A stretch of DNA of 64,000 nt from Alloascoidea hylecoeti (Eukaryota): contig BCKZ01000012.1 in NCBI GenBank assembly GCA_001600815.1, forward strand, positions 485,546-549,545, given 5' to 3'. The translations under genes and the position numbers were made by a program. This document shows positions 48,320 through 59,642 of this stretch, piece after piece (the stretch's first letter is position 1; every line of letters starts with the position of its first letter). Under the pieces are notes generated by a model. It was not told the origin of the DNA and made no database searches. It saw nothing but the letters and a program-made list of their open reading frames with translations.

Positions 48320-51300
48320 AGATTCCACCATTATATGGCTTATATTTATGGAGAGAGGTTAATGTTCTATAATAAACTATAGCATAGCTATACCTCATGG
48401 TATACGTTTCGATAAATTTAAAGCTCAACTTCAACAGTTATAGTGCATCATAATACTATTATAGCATATAATAGCTATAGAATCCATATGTATAATGTTA
48501 TAAATATAAATCGAGATCGAGGTATGTTTGATAAGTATTATAATAAGCTTGAGAACATTTATTGGTGAATAAAATATATAAACTAAAATGTAAAAAATAA
48601 AACTGAAAAGTAGCAAGAGGAGCTGAGGAAATTCGATCATAGTATATAATCGATCGCGATATCACATTTATAATATTATATTTACTTGTCAGGTTCTATC
48701 CGCTATCCTTACACTACTCATATTATGTTACATGGTATATATGAATTATAGGACAACCTGAATAGAATGTTGACAAAATAATTATATAACAAGTATTATA
48801 GTAGTTTTTAAAAGGTAAAAGCATAATCATTCTAATTACAGATAGTTATTTAAATATAGGGTTAAAAATTAATATAAAAGAGGAACAAAATCCTCTAATT
48901 CCTCACTTTTCGTTTTCAATCAATATTCACCTTAGAAAACTTTGTAATGGCCGTCGACGTGAAAACTCGTACTTCATTACACTGTGCCGGTCTACTATGT
49001 GCAGCTATACCTATATATTGTGTTATAGTGGTTACACCTACCTACCCTTTTGATTGCATATGCGTAACAATAGCTTATACTATGGATAATCTGTGGGGTA
49101 TAAAAAAAATGTTTTAGAGTAGCAGTAGAAATCCGAAAAGCTCGGCCATCATCTTATTGGGGACATCTTGTCTGTGTCATAGCGAGAATTTTAATATATA
49201 AGACTATGTAGATTTCTTAGCTATACGTATACTGTACTAGATGGATAGGGGAAAATATACCAAAAAAATGCGAAAAACTTGTGAGCTCGAGTGATGTCGG
49301 TCGGAAAAGATGGGCAACTAAAACTCGTGCCATGGAACTGGTGGTCATTGTATACTTTACCCGTGTATTAAATCACAACCTGATCTCTAATATACAAATA
49401 TTAAAAAGCCTTCAGCTAGACATTTAACCGGCGTAACGGCAATCGCTCCGTCTATTACAAAAGTCTAGTAAAAAAATGACCGAAGAAACAAAATGCATTT
49501 CTAGGCCTTAGTTTATATGAGAGAAGAGCTGGTATATGTATAATAAAGCGCTAAAGAGGCATTACCTGGCTCTCCACTTGACAACATGTAAAAATCCATA
49601 TAAGGCCTTACAGGTTTATATGATTCGAATTATGAAAAGTTTTTGAAAAGTATGTCTTGATTTTTGATTTACCCTTAGCCAAGGAACACACTCTATAAGT
49701 TAAATATCCTCCTATGCACTATAATACAATATATATATGACGTAACTACAAAAATCATCTAAGATTTAATTTATAATGATAAATGGTCATCATATATTGT
49801 GTGATTTTGAAATTTATCAGAACCAGCCATAATTATAAATAATAAGTAATTTTCATTGAAATATCGATGTAAATTATTAATGATCAGAAAACCGCGAGCT
49901 AAATATAGTAATTTGTAACTTTCGTGACCGAGGAATATTTAATGTTGATGACTTCGTAACATAACTGAGTTTGATATTGAGTTTCTTCAATAATTATAAG
50001 ACTAACATAAAGATAGATGTCTTTCTGTTAAAGGAAAATTGATAATTTTATGTAGGTGTTACGAAGGTTCTTTAACTAATCTAGGCTCCCTCACAATTCG
50101 AAACCCAAGAAAAGATATTTAGATGAAGTGACTCAAGAGTTTTGCTTAAGAGTGTGCAAATTACATAAATTCTAAAAGGATGATATTCTTGGCATATCTC
50201 GAGGAGCAAAAAATTAGCTTTCAGTAAAAACCTACTAAAAGGAAATTAGATATACCCACTACAACTGTCGGTTCTTTTTAACAAGCTACAGGGTAAGAAA
50301 AATATTCTGGATGGGAATAAAAAGCCCCAGAATGTGAATTAACTTGATAAAGCTACCATGAAGAAAAATTGAGGCTAATTAGAGAGTGTATGATTTTAGA
50401 GGAAAAATAAGGTAACTAAGACCCGACTTGTGGGAGGTGAACAATGCATAAGAGGAACTTATCAGATCACCGTCTGATCAGTTATTTACCCGGAAATATG
50501 AAGAATCCATCAGAAAGGTGTTTAACTGGTGTAACGGTAATCATTGCAATCATTCCGTGCATTACAGAAGATCCAGTAAAGGAAATGATCGAATAAATAA
50601 ATTCAAAAAAGTCCATGAGTACTACTAAGAAAGAGCTGGTAGTAGAGCGAATGAAGAAGATCTGATTCTCTAATTGACGATCTAAGAATAAGTAGGTTTA
50701 TATTATAATTATTTTAATTTTATTTAGATACTTTATTTTCGGATATGTGCCACTTTTTTTTGATTTCTTTGATTCTTTTGATTCTTAGTTCATGAAGGAA
50801 CCTCAGTATGTCTATACTGTCATTAGACGGACACCCACAACTGATACATTTCAACCACGAATTGCAAAACCAACAACAAAATATAATTGATTTTGGATTC
50901 ATTCTGAGTCAATGTATTTCCATTTTCTTGCAAAATATTCCAAAATTATATAGGCCTACCTAATTGAGTTTGTGAAATTGGGATAATAGTATAATAATAA
51001 TAGTTAAATTTAGTATACCATTAAAATTAGCTATATGTTATCTTCATGTAAGTATATCACATGGATTAATTAATATTAATTATTGGTATACGACTTTAAC
51101 TATCTTTTATAAGAATATTCTCAATACCCGAATATCAAATCATGATCTTTACTCCCATCGCAATCCAACCAATCTATATATTTTTGAAATTAAACTAGAG
51201 TAAATTCAACATTATTGTCAATCTATGATCATATGATTTCAACAACTACGAAGGGGAATTGAATGGTGTCAAATCATAGATGAGAAAATAAAATTGAAGA

Positions 51301-52725
51301 TACTAAAGATATAGATCACTACTATCATATACGTGTATGTAAAAGCGCTATATTACTCTAGTATAATATACTGATTACAATTGCATTCAAAATCCATAGT
51401 TAATAATTATTGACATAAACAGATATTATAAATGTATGTTATTGTAAAAGATATCATTGCTGCTTCTAATAAAATTTGAATACTCAGAAGCTTGAGCAAA
51501 TACAAATATCAAGAAGAATCCCTTGCGATATTTTCGATGAAGATTGTGAACTATAGGACTGGTGGTTTAAAAATATACTCTACTTAATTATATTTATAAG
51601 GAGGTTTTCTTTAATGGGCATCTAATTATCAAATTTTAAAGGAAGGTGTATAAGAACCTGTGTAGGTTTTATAATTACAGACCTAATAGTTAAAAACAGT
51701 CCTATAATTATAGTATTTAACGTTAACGATAATATCCCCTATGCATGTGTCTATTAATATTATCATTATCATTACTTTGATATTATATGTCTTCTGAAAA
51801 TTGTTCAAATGTTTAAGAAGTAGTCAAGTTTGCAATTTAAATTGAATATAATTAAACTTCTGAGTTTCTAATTTTACATTATATAATTATAATTAGGTTA
51901 GCTAATCTCAAGATTTAAATAATTATATGCTTTGGAAATCTAATTGTTGTGTGAGATGTGTTGATCAACGATAATTGGATCCCTACATTTTTAGATCTTA
52001 AAAGGAATAATATTCTATACATATTTATCAGTTGAAACTCAAATCAATAATACAACTCCAAATAAAATTAACAAGAGCTACATACACATAGACCGTATAT
52101 AAATGGTATATGAACCGGCGCCATTAATATTGAAATATCAACATTATGGTTGGATTGTTTGAAATTGTTCCGAATCTGCATAAGAATGCAAAATAATTGT
52201 GGTAAAAACTCTTAAATTTATGACAGATGTACCACAAAGTTAATATTATAATTATGATTTTTACCGAAAGTTTGTCTGACACTACCAAACTTTTAAACAT
52301 TTAAATTTATAGATTTAAACAAACATAAGTAGAAATTTAAACACTGTGCATGTGCATTAGTAATTAAAGACCACGTTGAACCGTTACACTCCTGTTGCTG
52401 CTCAAAAGAGGATATCCAACATTGTCTTCCATGAATTTTTCATACTGATCATGAGTCATGAGCCATGGATCATCATATTATATTACATTTTATTATAATT
52501 CATCTCAGCTATCTGGATTCTGGAATAAGAAACTTCATTATACATCTGAAAAAAGCTTTAAATTTGATCCTGAGTAACCAGAAACATAGAACTTGATAAT
52601 CATTTGATCTGAAAACAAATTAATATTACGAGTAATCACAAATAATTTCAACCTCCATTTACTCATTATAATAAAAGTCAAAAGCAAGCTCACGGCGTCT
52701 CCGCATTAACAATTATCACCATACA

Positions 52726-52732
52726 TCACGTG
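52726..52732. promoter_or_regulatory. Cbf1-type E-box TCACGTG upstream of AGP3
   Basis: Exact motif about 190 bp upstream of the ATG. Confidence 0.55.
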
Positions 52733-52923
52733 GGATGCCTTTCATAATGAAAACTTTAAAACATGAGGTCACCAGGTATGGCATCATCACCATTGATGTA
52801 TTTTGACATCTTTACTTATATAAGCTTATGGTGTTGCGATCAAATGAAAAATTCTGCTTCGTCTTATATTCTTTTTATTTTCAACCTCATCGCTCGTTAA
52901 CTAATCCGTTTTAAATAACAGAG

Positions 52924-54600
52924 ATGAGTCAAAAACACACTGCACGTGTGGAGACTCGTGAGGACAGTATTTCTTCGTTGGATCCTTATTCTTCTGCCAC
53001 ACCATTCAAAAGTGCAGGAATCGATGATATAGAAAAGCATAATTCGGAAACGGCTGAAGTAGCCTCTGATTTTCAAACAGAAAAACATGAAGATAAATTA
53101 AACAGAGGTCTTTCCGCTCGACAGGTCAACATGATTGCGATTGCAGGTGTCATTGGAACAGGGTTATATTTAGGAACAGGCAAATCTTTAACAAAAGGTG
53201 GTCCAGCTGCTTTGCTCATCTGTTATGCTATTATTGGTGCTATTGTTTATTGCACAATGTTATCTCTTGGAGAAATGACGACTTTCACTCCTGTCGCTGG
53301 TTCATTTTGTACTTATGCAACAAGATATGTCGACACTGCTTTTGGTTTTGCTCTAACATGGAACTATTGGTTTAATGATGCCATTTCAACAGCTTCTGAT
53401 TTAACAGCTTTACAGTTGGTTTTCAAATATTGGAGCGATTTCCCAGCTTGGGTAATATCTCTGATTTTTTGGGTTTTCCTTATTTCAATTAACGTAATCC
53501 ATGTGAAATTTTATGGTGAATTAGAATATTGGCTCGCATTACTAAAGGTTATTTCAATTATAATATTCATTATTATTGGTATTTGTGTCAATGTTGGTAA
53601 AAATCCAGATCATGAATATCTGGGATTTCACTATTGGAAAATTGGTGATGCACCATTTGTTAATGGTTTCAGAGGGTTTGCATCTGTTTTTGTCACCGCA
53701 TCTTTTGCTTATGGTGGAACTGAATCTATCGGAGTAACAGCTGGAGAAACTAAAAACCCTTCCAGGACAATGCCCAGAGTTGTAAAGACTGTTTTCTGGC
53801 GTATACTTATTTTCTATATATTATCTGTTCTCATCATTGGTATTACTGTCCCATATAACTACCCAAATCTATCCACAGGAGATACCGCAACATCTCCATT
53901 TACAATTGTATTCCAACTAGTGGGTTCAAAAGTTTCAGGATCTTTTATGAATGCTGTCATCATGACATCAGTGCTATCGGCCGGAAATCATGCATTATTT
54001 GCAGGTACAAGAATCATGTATACTCTTTCGATCGAAGGATACGCTCCAAAAGTTTTCTCGAGATTAACAAGATATAAAGTACCATACGCTTCTCTGTTTG
54101 CAACTGCATTGATTTCGGGCTTATGTTTTGGCTCTTCGTTTATTGGCGCCGGTACTCTTTGGACCTGGCTACAAGCTTTAGTGGGCGTTTCTAATCAGAT
54201 TTCATGGTGGTCCATTGGTGTAACCTCTATCAGATTTAGAAGAGCATTGAAGGTACAAAATAAAGAACATTTGTTACAATTTAGAAATTGGACTTACCCA
54301 TGGGGACCTTGGTTAGTTGTCATATCAGTTACTTTTATTATCTTGGTCCAAGGATGGTCAGCATTTTCACCATGGGATACCTCAAGTTTCTTTCAAAATT
54401 ATGTCGAATTAATTATTATGCCTTTCTTATATGTCGTCTGGAAACTTTTCAAAAAGACTAAAACTGTCAAACTTCATGAAATGGATCTAGTAACTGATAG
54501 ATATGTAGAGACTGAAGAAGAAAAAGAATTAAATGAGCAACTTGATTCCTTAAAAGGTTGGCCAAAATACAGAGAATTACTCTATAGCTTTTTTGTTTAG
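52924..54600 (+). CDS. AGP3: YAT-family amino acid permease, Agp3-like
   Basis: IAGVIGTGLYL, WNYWFNDA, FAYGGTESI, GSFMNAVIMTS, FIGAGTLWTWLQ, NWTYP; multiple transmembrane segments. Confidence 0.85.
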   Translation: MSQKHTARVETREDSISSLDPYSSATPFKSAGIDDIEKHNSETAEVASDFQTEKHEDKLNRGLSARQVNMIAIAGVIGTGLYLGTGKSLTKGGPAALLICYAIIGAIVYCTMLSLGEMTTFTPVAGSFCTYATRYVDTAFGFALTWNYWFNDAISTASDLTALQLVFKYWSDFPAWVISLIFWVFLISINVIHVKFYGELEYWLALLKVISIIIFIIIGICVNVGKNPDHEYLGFHYWKIGDAPFVNGFRGFASVFVTASFAYGGTESIGVTAGETKNPSRTMPRVVKTVFWRILIFYILSVLIIGITVPYNYPNLSTGDTATSPFTIVFQLVGSKVSGSFMNAVIMTSVLSAGNHALFAGTRIMYTLSIEGYAPKVFSRLTRYKVPYASLFATALISGLCFGSSFIGAGTLWTWLQALVGVSNQISWWSIGVTSIRFRRALKVQNKEHLLQFRNWTYPWGPWLVVISVTFIILVQGWSAFSPWDTSSFFQNYVELIIMPFLYVVWKLFKKTKTVKLHEMDLVTDRYVETEEEKELNEQLDSLKGWPKYRELLYSFFV

Positions 54601-56130
54601 AGTTTGATGATGATTTTGTTATTTTTTTTTATATGAATTTTTATTTTGCATTTATGATGATTTAGCATTAACAGAATGTATATAACCTTTAATATTATCA
54701 ATAGTTTTAATTGCAGGCTTATCTTATAAGTGATCCATAGTTATTATTGCAGTTTGTAATTGATATCCTATACGCACCACAATTATACTTATTTATATTT
54801 CACCAAGATAATCTTAATTTAATTTTCAGGTGTTAATCTTCATTAAGTTAGTAATAAAATAAAATTAAGAATATTATTAATATTTATATATATATGTGGA
54901 GATTAAAGTATTCACCGTTTGACAAATTATAAGTTATACTATTACTTAAGTTAAATTCAACAATTGTAAATTATAATTATGATTAGGTTACAATATCAAC
55001 TATATTATATAACAGGGAGTAATCACCAACTTTACTATGATACCGTGGAGGACTCTTAACATGCATAATCTATAATATAGTAATATCAGTTTTCATTTTG
55101 ATTATAGGTACAAATATGAATAGCTACCATACTGCCAATACTATGTGCAGCTCTATACGGCATACGGTATAGATAATTTTCTATTAGTATTCTAAAGTAA
55201 ATAATGATTATCGAATTCAATTGCAATAGAATTCGAATAAATTTACGTTCTAATATGATTTCTGATCAGAGAGGATATAAACTTTACACCATCACTTTAA
55301 ATAGATAAAGGTAATTGAAAATTTTATTACTCAAATGCATCGCATTTTAGTTCTATATATTTTGCTTTAGACTGAGATTTGGTACGGTCGGTGGTTTTCA
55401 GTTTCCAGGAGCTTGGCTAGTAGGCACTAGGTTGCAACATTGTTTCACTCAGAAAAGCGTAAACCTCTTGATAAACGTTATCTAAGAATATCTTAATCTC
55501 ATTGAAACTTTAATCATTTTTAACCATTTGAAATATAGATATGCCTCAATTGACTTTGATCTAAAAGTTATAGTATTTAATATTTAAAAATAAACTTCAA
55601 AAACATAGCCAATATGAAAATAAAATGAAAGGTATAATTATGTATGAAAACATATTTTAACATGAATGTCTCCCCGGTGGAGTCCACGCTAATAACAGGC
55701 TGCAAATTATATAAATAAAAGAAACCCATGTAAATTTTTTTGAAACTCTTTTTCTCAACCGTTAAAAAACAAGTTATATATCCCAAGCATTTTATGGAAT
55801 CTCAGAAGAAATGAATACCCAGCATACCTGCTTGCTGTTTAGCTCTCATATCGTGCTCCAGCCGTTTTCTTGGATTATCGAACACCTTTCTTTTAAACAT
55901 CCTTCTTTTTCACGGATTTTCCTTAGAGTATGTTATGTTTTGGTTAAAATAAAAAGAACTTTCCAGTTTACCTATGAAAGAAAAATCGATGGTATATAAT
56001 AACGAAAAATGTTTTTGGTTACCATTTTATATGTATTTGTAGAAAGTTATCTCATGTAATGCTTACATACGTAGTACCTGTTTAGTTACACAGGTTTACT
56101 ACAGTATTTCCAAATTGAATCTGATACAGT

Positions 56131-56880
56131 CTAATTTATGTTTCGTTATTTTGTTTCTGTTAATGTTATCATTTGTTTGGGATACAATTTGGTCATTATG
56201 TGAGTTATTTATTAGCCAATTATTAATATGGAAATAATCATTTGTGCACAAATGCTTTGGCATGAGTTGCCGCTCATACTTCGCAGAAACAAATTCTAAT
56301 GATGATGTTGTTACATCATATGATTAAGTTAAAATTAATGTTGCTTGAGTATTGATATTATCAGTTGATGACCCTTTATAATTTAATTTTGTTGAAGCAT
56401 CACTTGAGAAATAATAAGTTTTTTGGAACAGTACCAATAACACACATTTTAGGGTCAGGACCAAAATTTTTGATTGAATTATCTTGTCCATAATTAATAT
56501 TAAAAAATCCATCACTTTCATTTAATATTTGTAGTTGTTGCGTAGCTATAATTTTTTCAACATTTGGATCGGTTGGATCATAATCAATAGGATATTGATC
56601 AAAACCACCCATCCTTATTCTTTCTCCGATAGTATCTAAATTGCTTGTCATATAAGTCATCATAAACAAATGTTGGTGATAAACTTGTAATTACACCGAC
56701 ACACAAACAAATGTTCCAAAAATATTTTAAGCTACACAATAAAATTCTTGGGTGTCAGAAACGTGCCTAAAATGACTATTCCTTATTAATAATTGGCTAA
56801 TAAATAACTCACATAATGACCAAATTGTATGCTAAACAAATGATGGTTGAAAAAGAAATAAAGTGACGAAATGGATATTA
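56131..56880. mobile_element. non-autonomous foldback/MULE-like element: ~115-bp imperfect inverted repeats around a ~520-bp coding-like insert
   Basis: 47-bp perfect inverted repeat at 56182-56228 and 56784-56830, extending imperfectly on both sides; no TSD identified. Confidence 0.6.
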
Positions 56881-57040
56881 TTCTAATTACCGGGTTATTT
56901 AATTCTCTCTACGCCGATATAACTTCCACATGTACACTAATTATGTTCTTTCAGATTACCGAACAGATTTTAACATCCATACATCACACAGATACACATC
57001 TGATTTAACTGTTAGAACGCAACTTGTACTAAAAGCAGTT

Positions 57041-57832
57041 ATGGCTGAAGAAGAGAAACAAGAAAATACCCCACCAACGGATGTTCCTGTAGAGAAGGAC
57101 GCAGAACAGGAAAAGGCAGAAAGACTTGCTGCTGCAAGAAAAAAGGTATGAGCTTGTTTGGTTGTTTGTATCAATATTTAAAACCACCGCATGACTCTGA
57201 CAGTGAATTATTAGATGGAAGAATTTAAGAAGAAGAAAAAGAAGGAAAACAAGAAAAAGGCAAAGGAAAGTAAGACAGAAGAAGAAACTCCTTCAAATTC
57301 CATAGAACCGGAAGCTAAGGAAGAACACGAGGGAGATACTTCCAAATCAGAGACAACATCGTTAGTTACTGAACCCACGACACCAAAGGAAACACATGTA
57401 ACTCACGAATCGGATGAACAAGAAGAGGATTATAAATCTACTATAGCAGATCTCTCAAAGGAGATTGAAAATTATAAAAAGAAGCTTTCACATTTAGAAG
57501 AAGTTAACAGTAATTTGAAATCTGAGAACACCAATTTAAAAGATCAATTGAATACTGCTGAAGCTCGTGCTTTACATTTAAAAATCAAACTTGATAAAGT
57601 ACTTCTTGATCGAGGTTCGCATCCTCAGAATGATGACAGTGATCATTTAACACTATCACCTTCAAGTTATAATCAAGATACGAGTGGATATTCCATCCAA
57701 AATGAGGATAATTTGTACAGCGATTCTCAAAATGTAAAGCATGTTAAGCAACAATTGGAATCCTGGAAAGGATGGCAAATTGATATGAGAAACTGGCGAA
57801 CCATTGGATGTGGGCCTGTTTTGGAAATGTGA
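57041..57832 (+). CDS. BUG1: cis-Golgi coiled-coil protein Bug1, join(57041..57145,57215..57832), 240 aa
   Basis: ERLAAARKK|MEEFKKKKKK N-terminal motif across an intron (GTATGA, CTGAC, TAG); C-terminal WQIDMRNWRTIGCGPVLEM. Confidence 0.85.
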
Positions 57833-58144
57833 TATGTAAAGTTTTTTTATAGATATTCACAATCAAATAATATTTATTAATGAATATTTTGCAATGGGAT
57901 TTACTTTGTCATGATAACTATTTTAATTACGAAGCATTACAGTCAGACGAAAGTTCTGATATTATGATAAGTTAGAGAACTTAGAATAATTACGCTTATA
58001 GCTAACAGTATAAATTTATTAAGAATTACACTACTTATGCTTTAGATGTAAAGCTTCTGCTCATTAAATCGCTAAATCCATGATATATTATAAATCCTAT
58101 TAACATGGATATCATTGTACAATCATTTCAAATATTTAAGTAGT

Positions 58145-58996
58145 TTAGGCATCTTCGTTAATAACTCCCTTACCAGAAACGTAGATACCATCCAAAAATT
58201 TACGGATATCCTTATTTCTAACCCTTGTAATTTGTTGAATATCAGCACAATTTTGAGAAACATCTTCTACTGAGTTTCCCGATAGAACAATTTCATCCTT
58301 TTGCGTAGTAGAAATTTCAACATCAACTCCTGGGGTGATTTTTACATGTCGGACTCTCTTTTCACCTAAGAAATTTCTGATTTCGACAACCTTTCCTTCA
58401 GCTTCATCAAGAATATTGACATTAATGGGGAAATGGGCATATACATATCTCATCTTATATTTGTAACCCTTTGTGACACCGGTAATCATATTAGAAATCA
58501 AAGATTTAACAGTTCTTAAAGCAGCAACATGTTTTCTATCTCCATGATGAACAAAAAGTTTGATTTGCTTGTCAGAAATTTTTCGGAAAGTGACATTAAC
58601 ATGACGAATGATTTTGTTTAAAGTGCCTCTTGGTCCTTTAACAGTGATGTCTCTGGCCTTGATTTGGACAGTAACTAAAAATTTAATGTTAGAATGGCCT
58701 GAGAGAATTTGAAACTCTGATGTATGTTCTGGTTTTCACCTAATATTATGTATTTTTTGAAATCAAGTAATGGTCATCTATCCTAGTTGATTAAATTTTG
58801 CTGTATTGTCAAATTTTAACAAATATATTTGTGGTATTTTCGGTATTTCTTATCGATTTGTTCTGCTTGTTTGTTTTACATCTTGAATCATTGAATAATC
58901 AAAATAGTTCGGGTCAAACGAGTAAAAGAGTCTAAGTAAATACTACATACCTCCTTCTGGGATATCAAGAACTTGTTCGGTTTGAATGTGCTTCAT
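58145..58996 (-). CDS. RPL9: 60S ribosomal protein L9 (uL6), join(58951..58996,58145..58674), 191 aa
   Basis: [16 protein letters not shown]; 276-nt intron (GTATGT, CTAAC, TAG); [26 protein letters not shown]. Confidence 0.96.
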
Positions 58997-59642
58997 TGTA
59001 ATGCCAAAATAAGTTGATTTGTCTAGTACCCAACCAATATATTCCACTACCTTTCCTAGTTCAAAGTTGTGTATTCATGCTGAAATATACTCGCATGTCT
59101 GTAATATACACGCCCTGAGAAAGGCAGTCACAGCTCCAATTCGGGAATTGATCATGTGACATATAAACAAACCTTAACTTTTGTGTGTATTTTGGCAAGC
59201 ATGAAAAAGGCTCAAGTCCCCTATTTTTTCCAGTATTTATATATCTTTGTTCGATGTTGAAATCCCATTATATTATTATATACCTTTTACATAAATGATA
59301 GAATATTCGATATTATGATTCTCAAAATTGAATAATTCGTACAAACAGGATGATTTTGTAGGTGATATTTAGAACGGGCCTCTATAATCATCCAAAATTT
59401 TACAAATATGCACCAACAAACATACAAAGAACTTTACATACAATCACGACAATTCCTCCCTACACCTGTATACCGATTTCCATGATAGCTCCAAAACGTA
59501 GCTATTAAAATCAATTAAATTTTTATACACCTCTAATTATTCCCCACTTCACATCCTCCCAAACTTTTACCCTCGGACGGATAGGAACCTCACTCTCCAC
59601 CCCGACATGACAATAAGAAGAGAACTTTCATCATAACATTAA

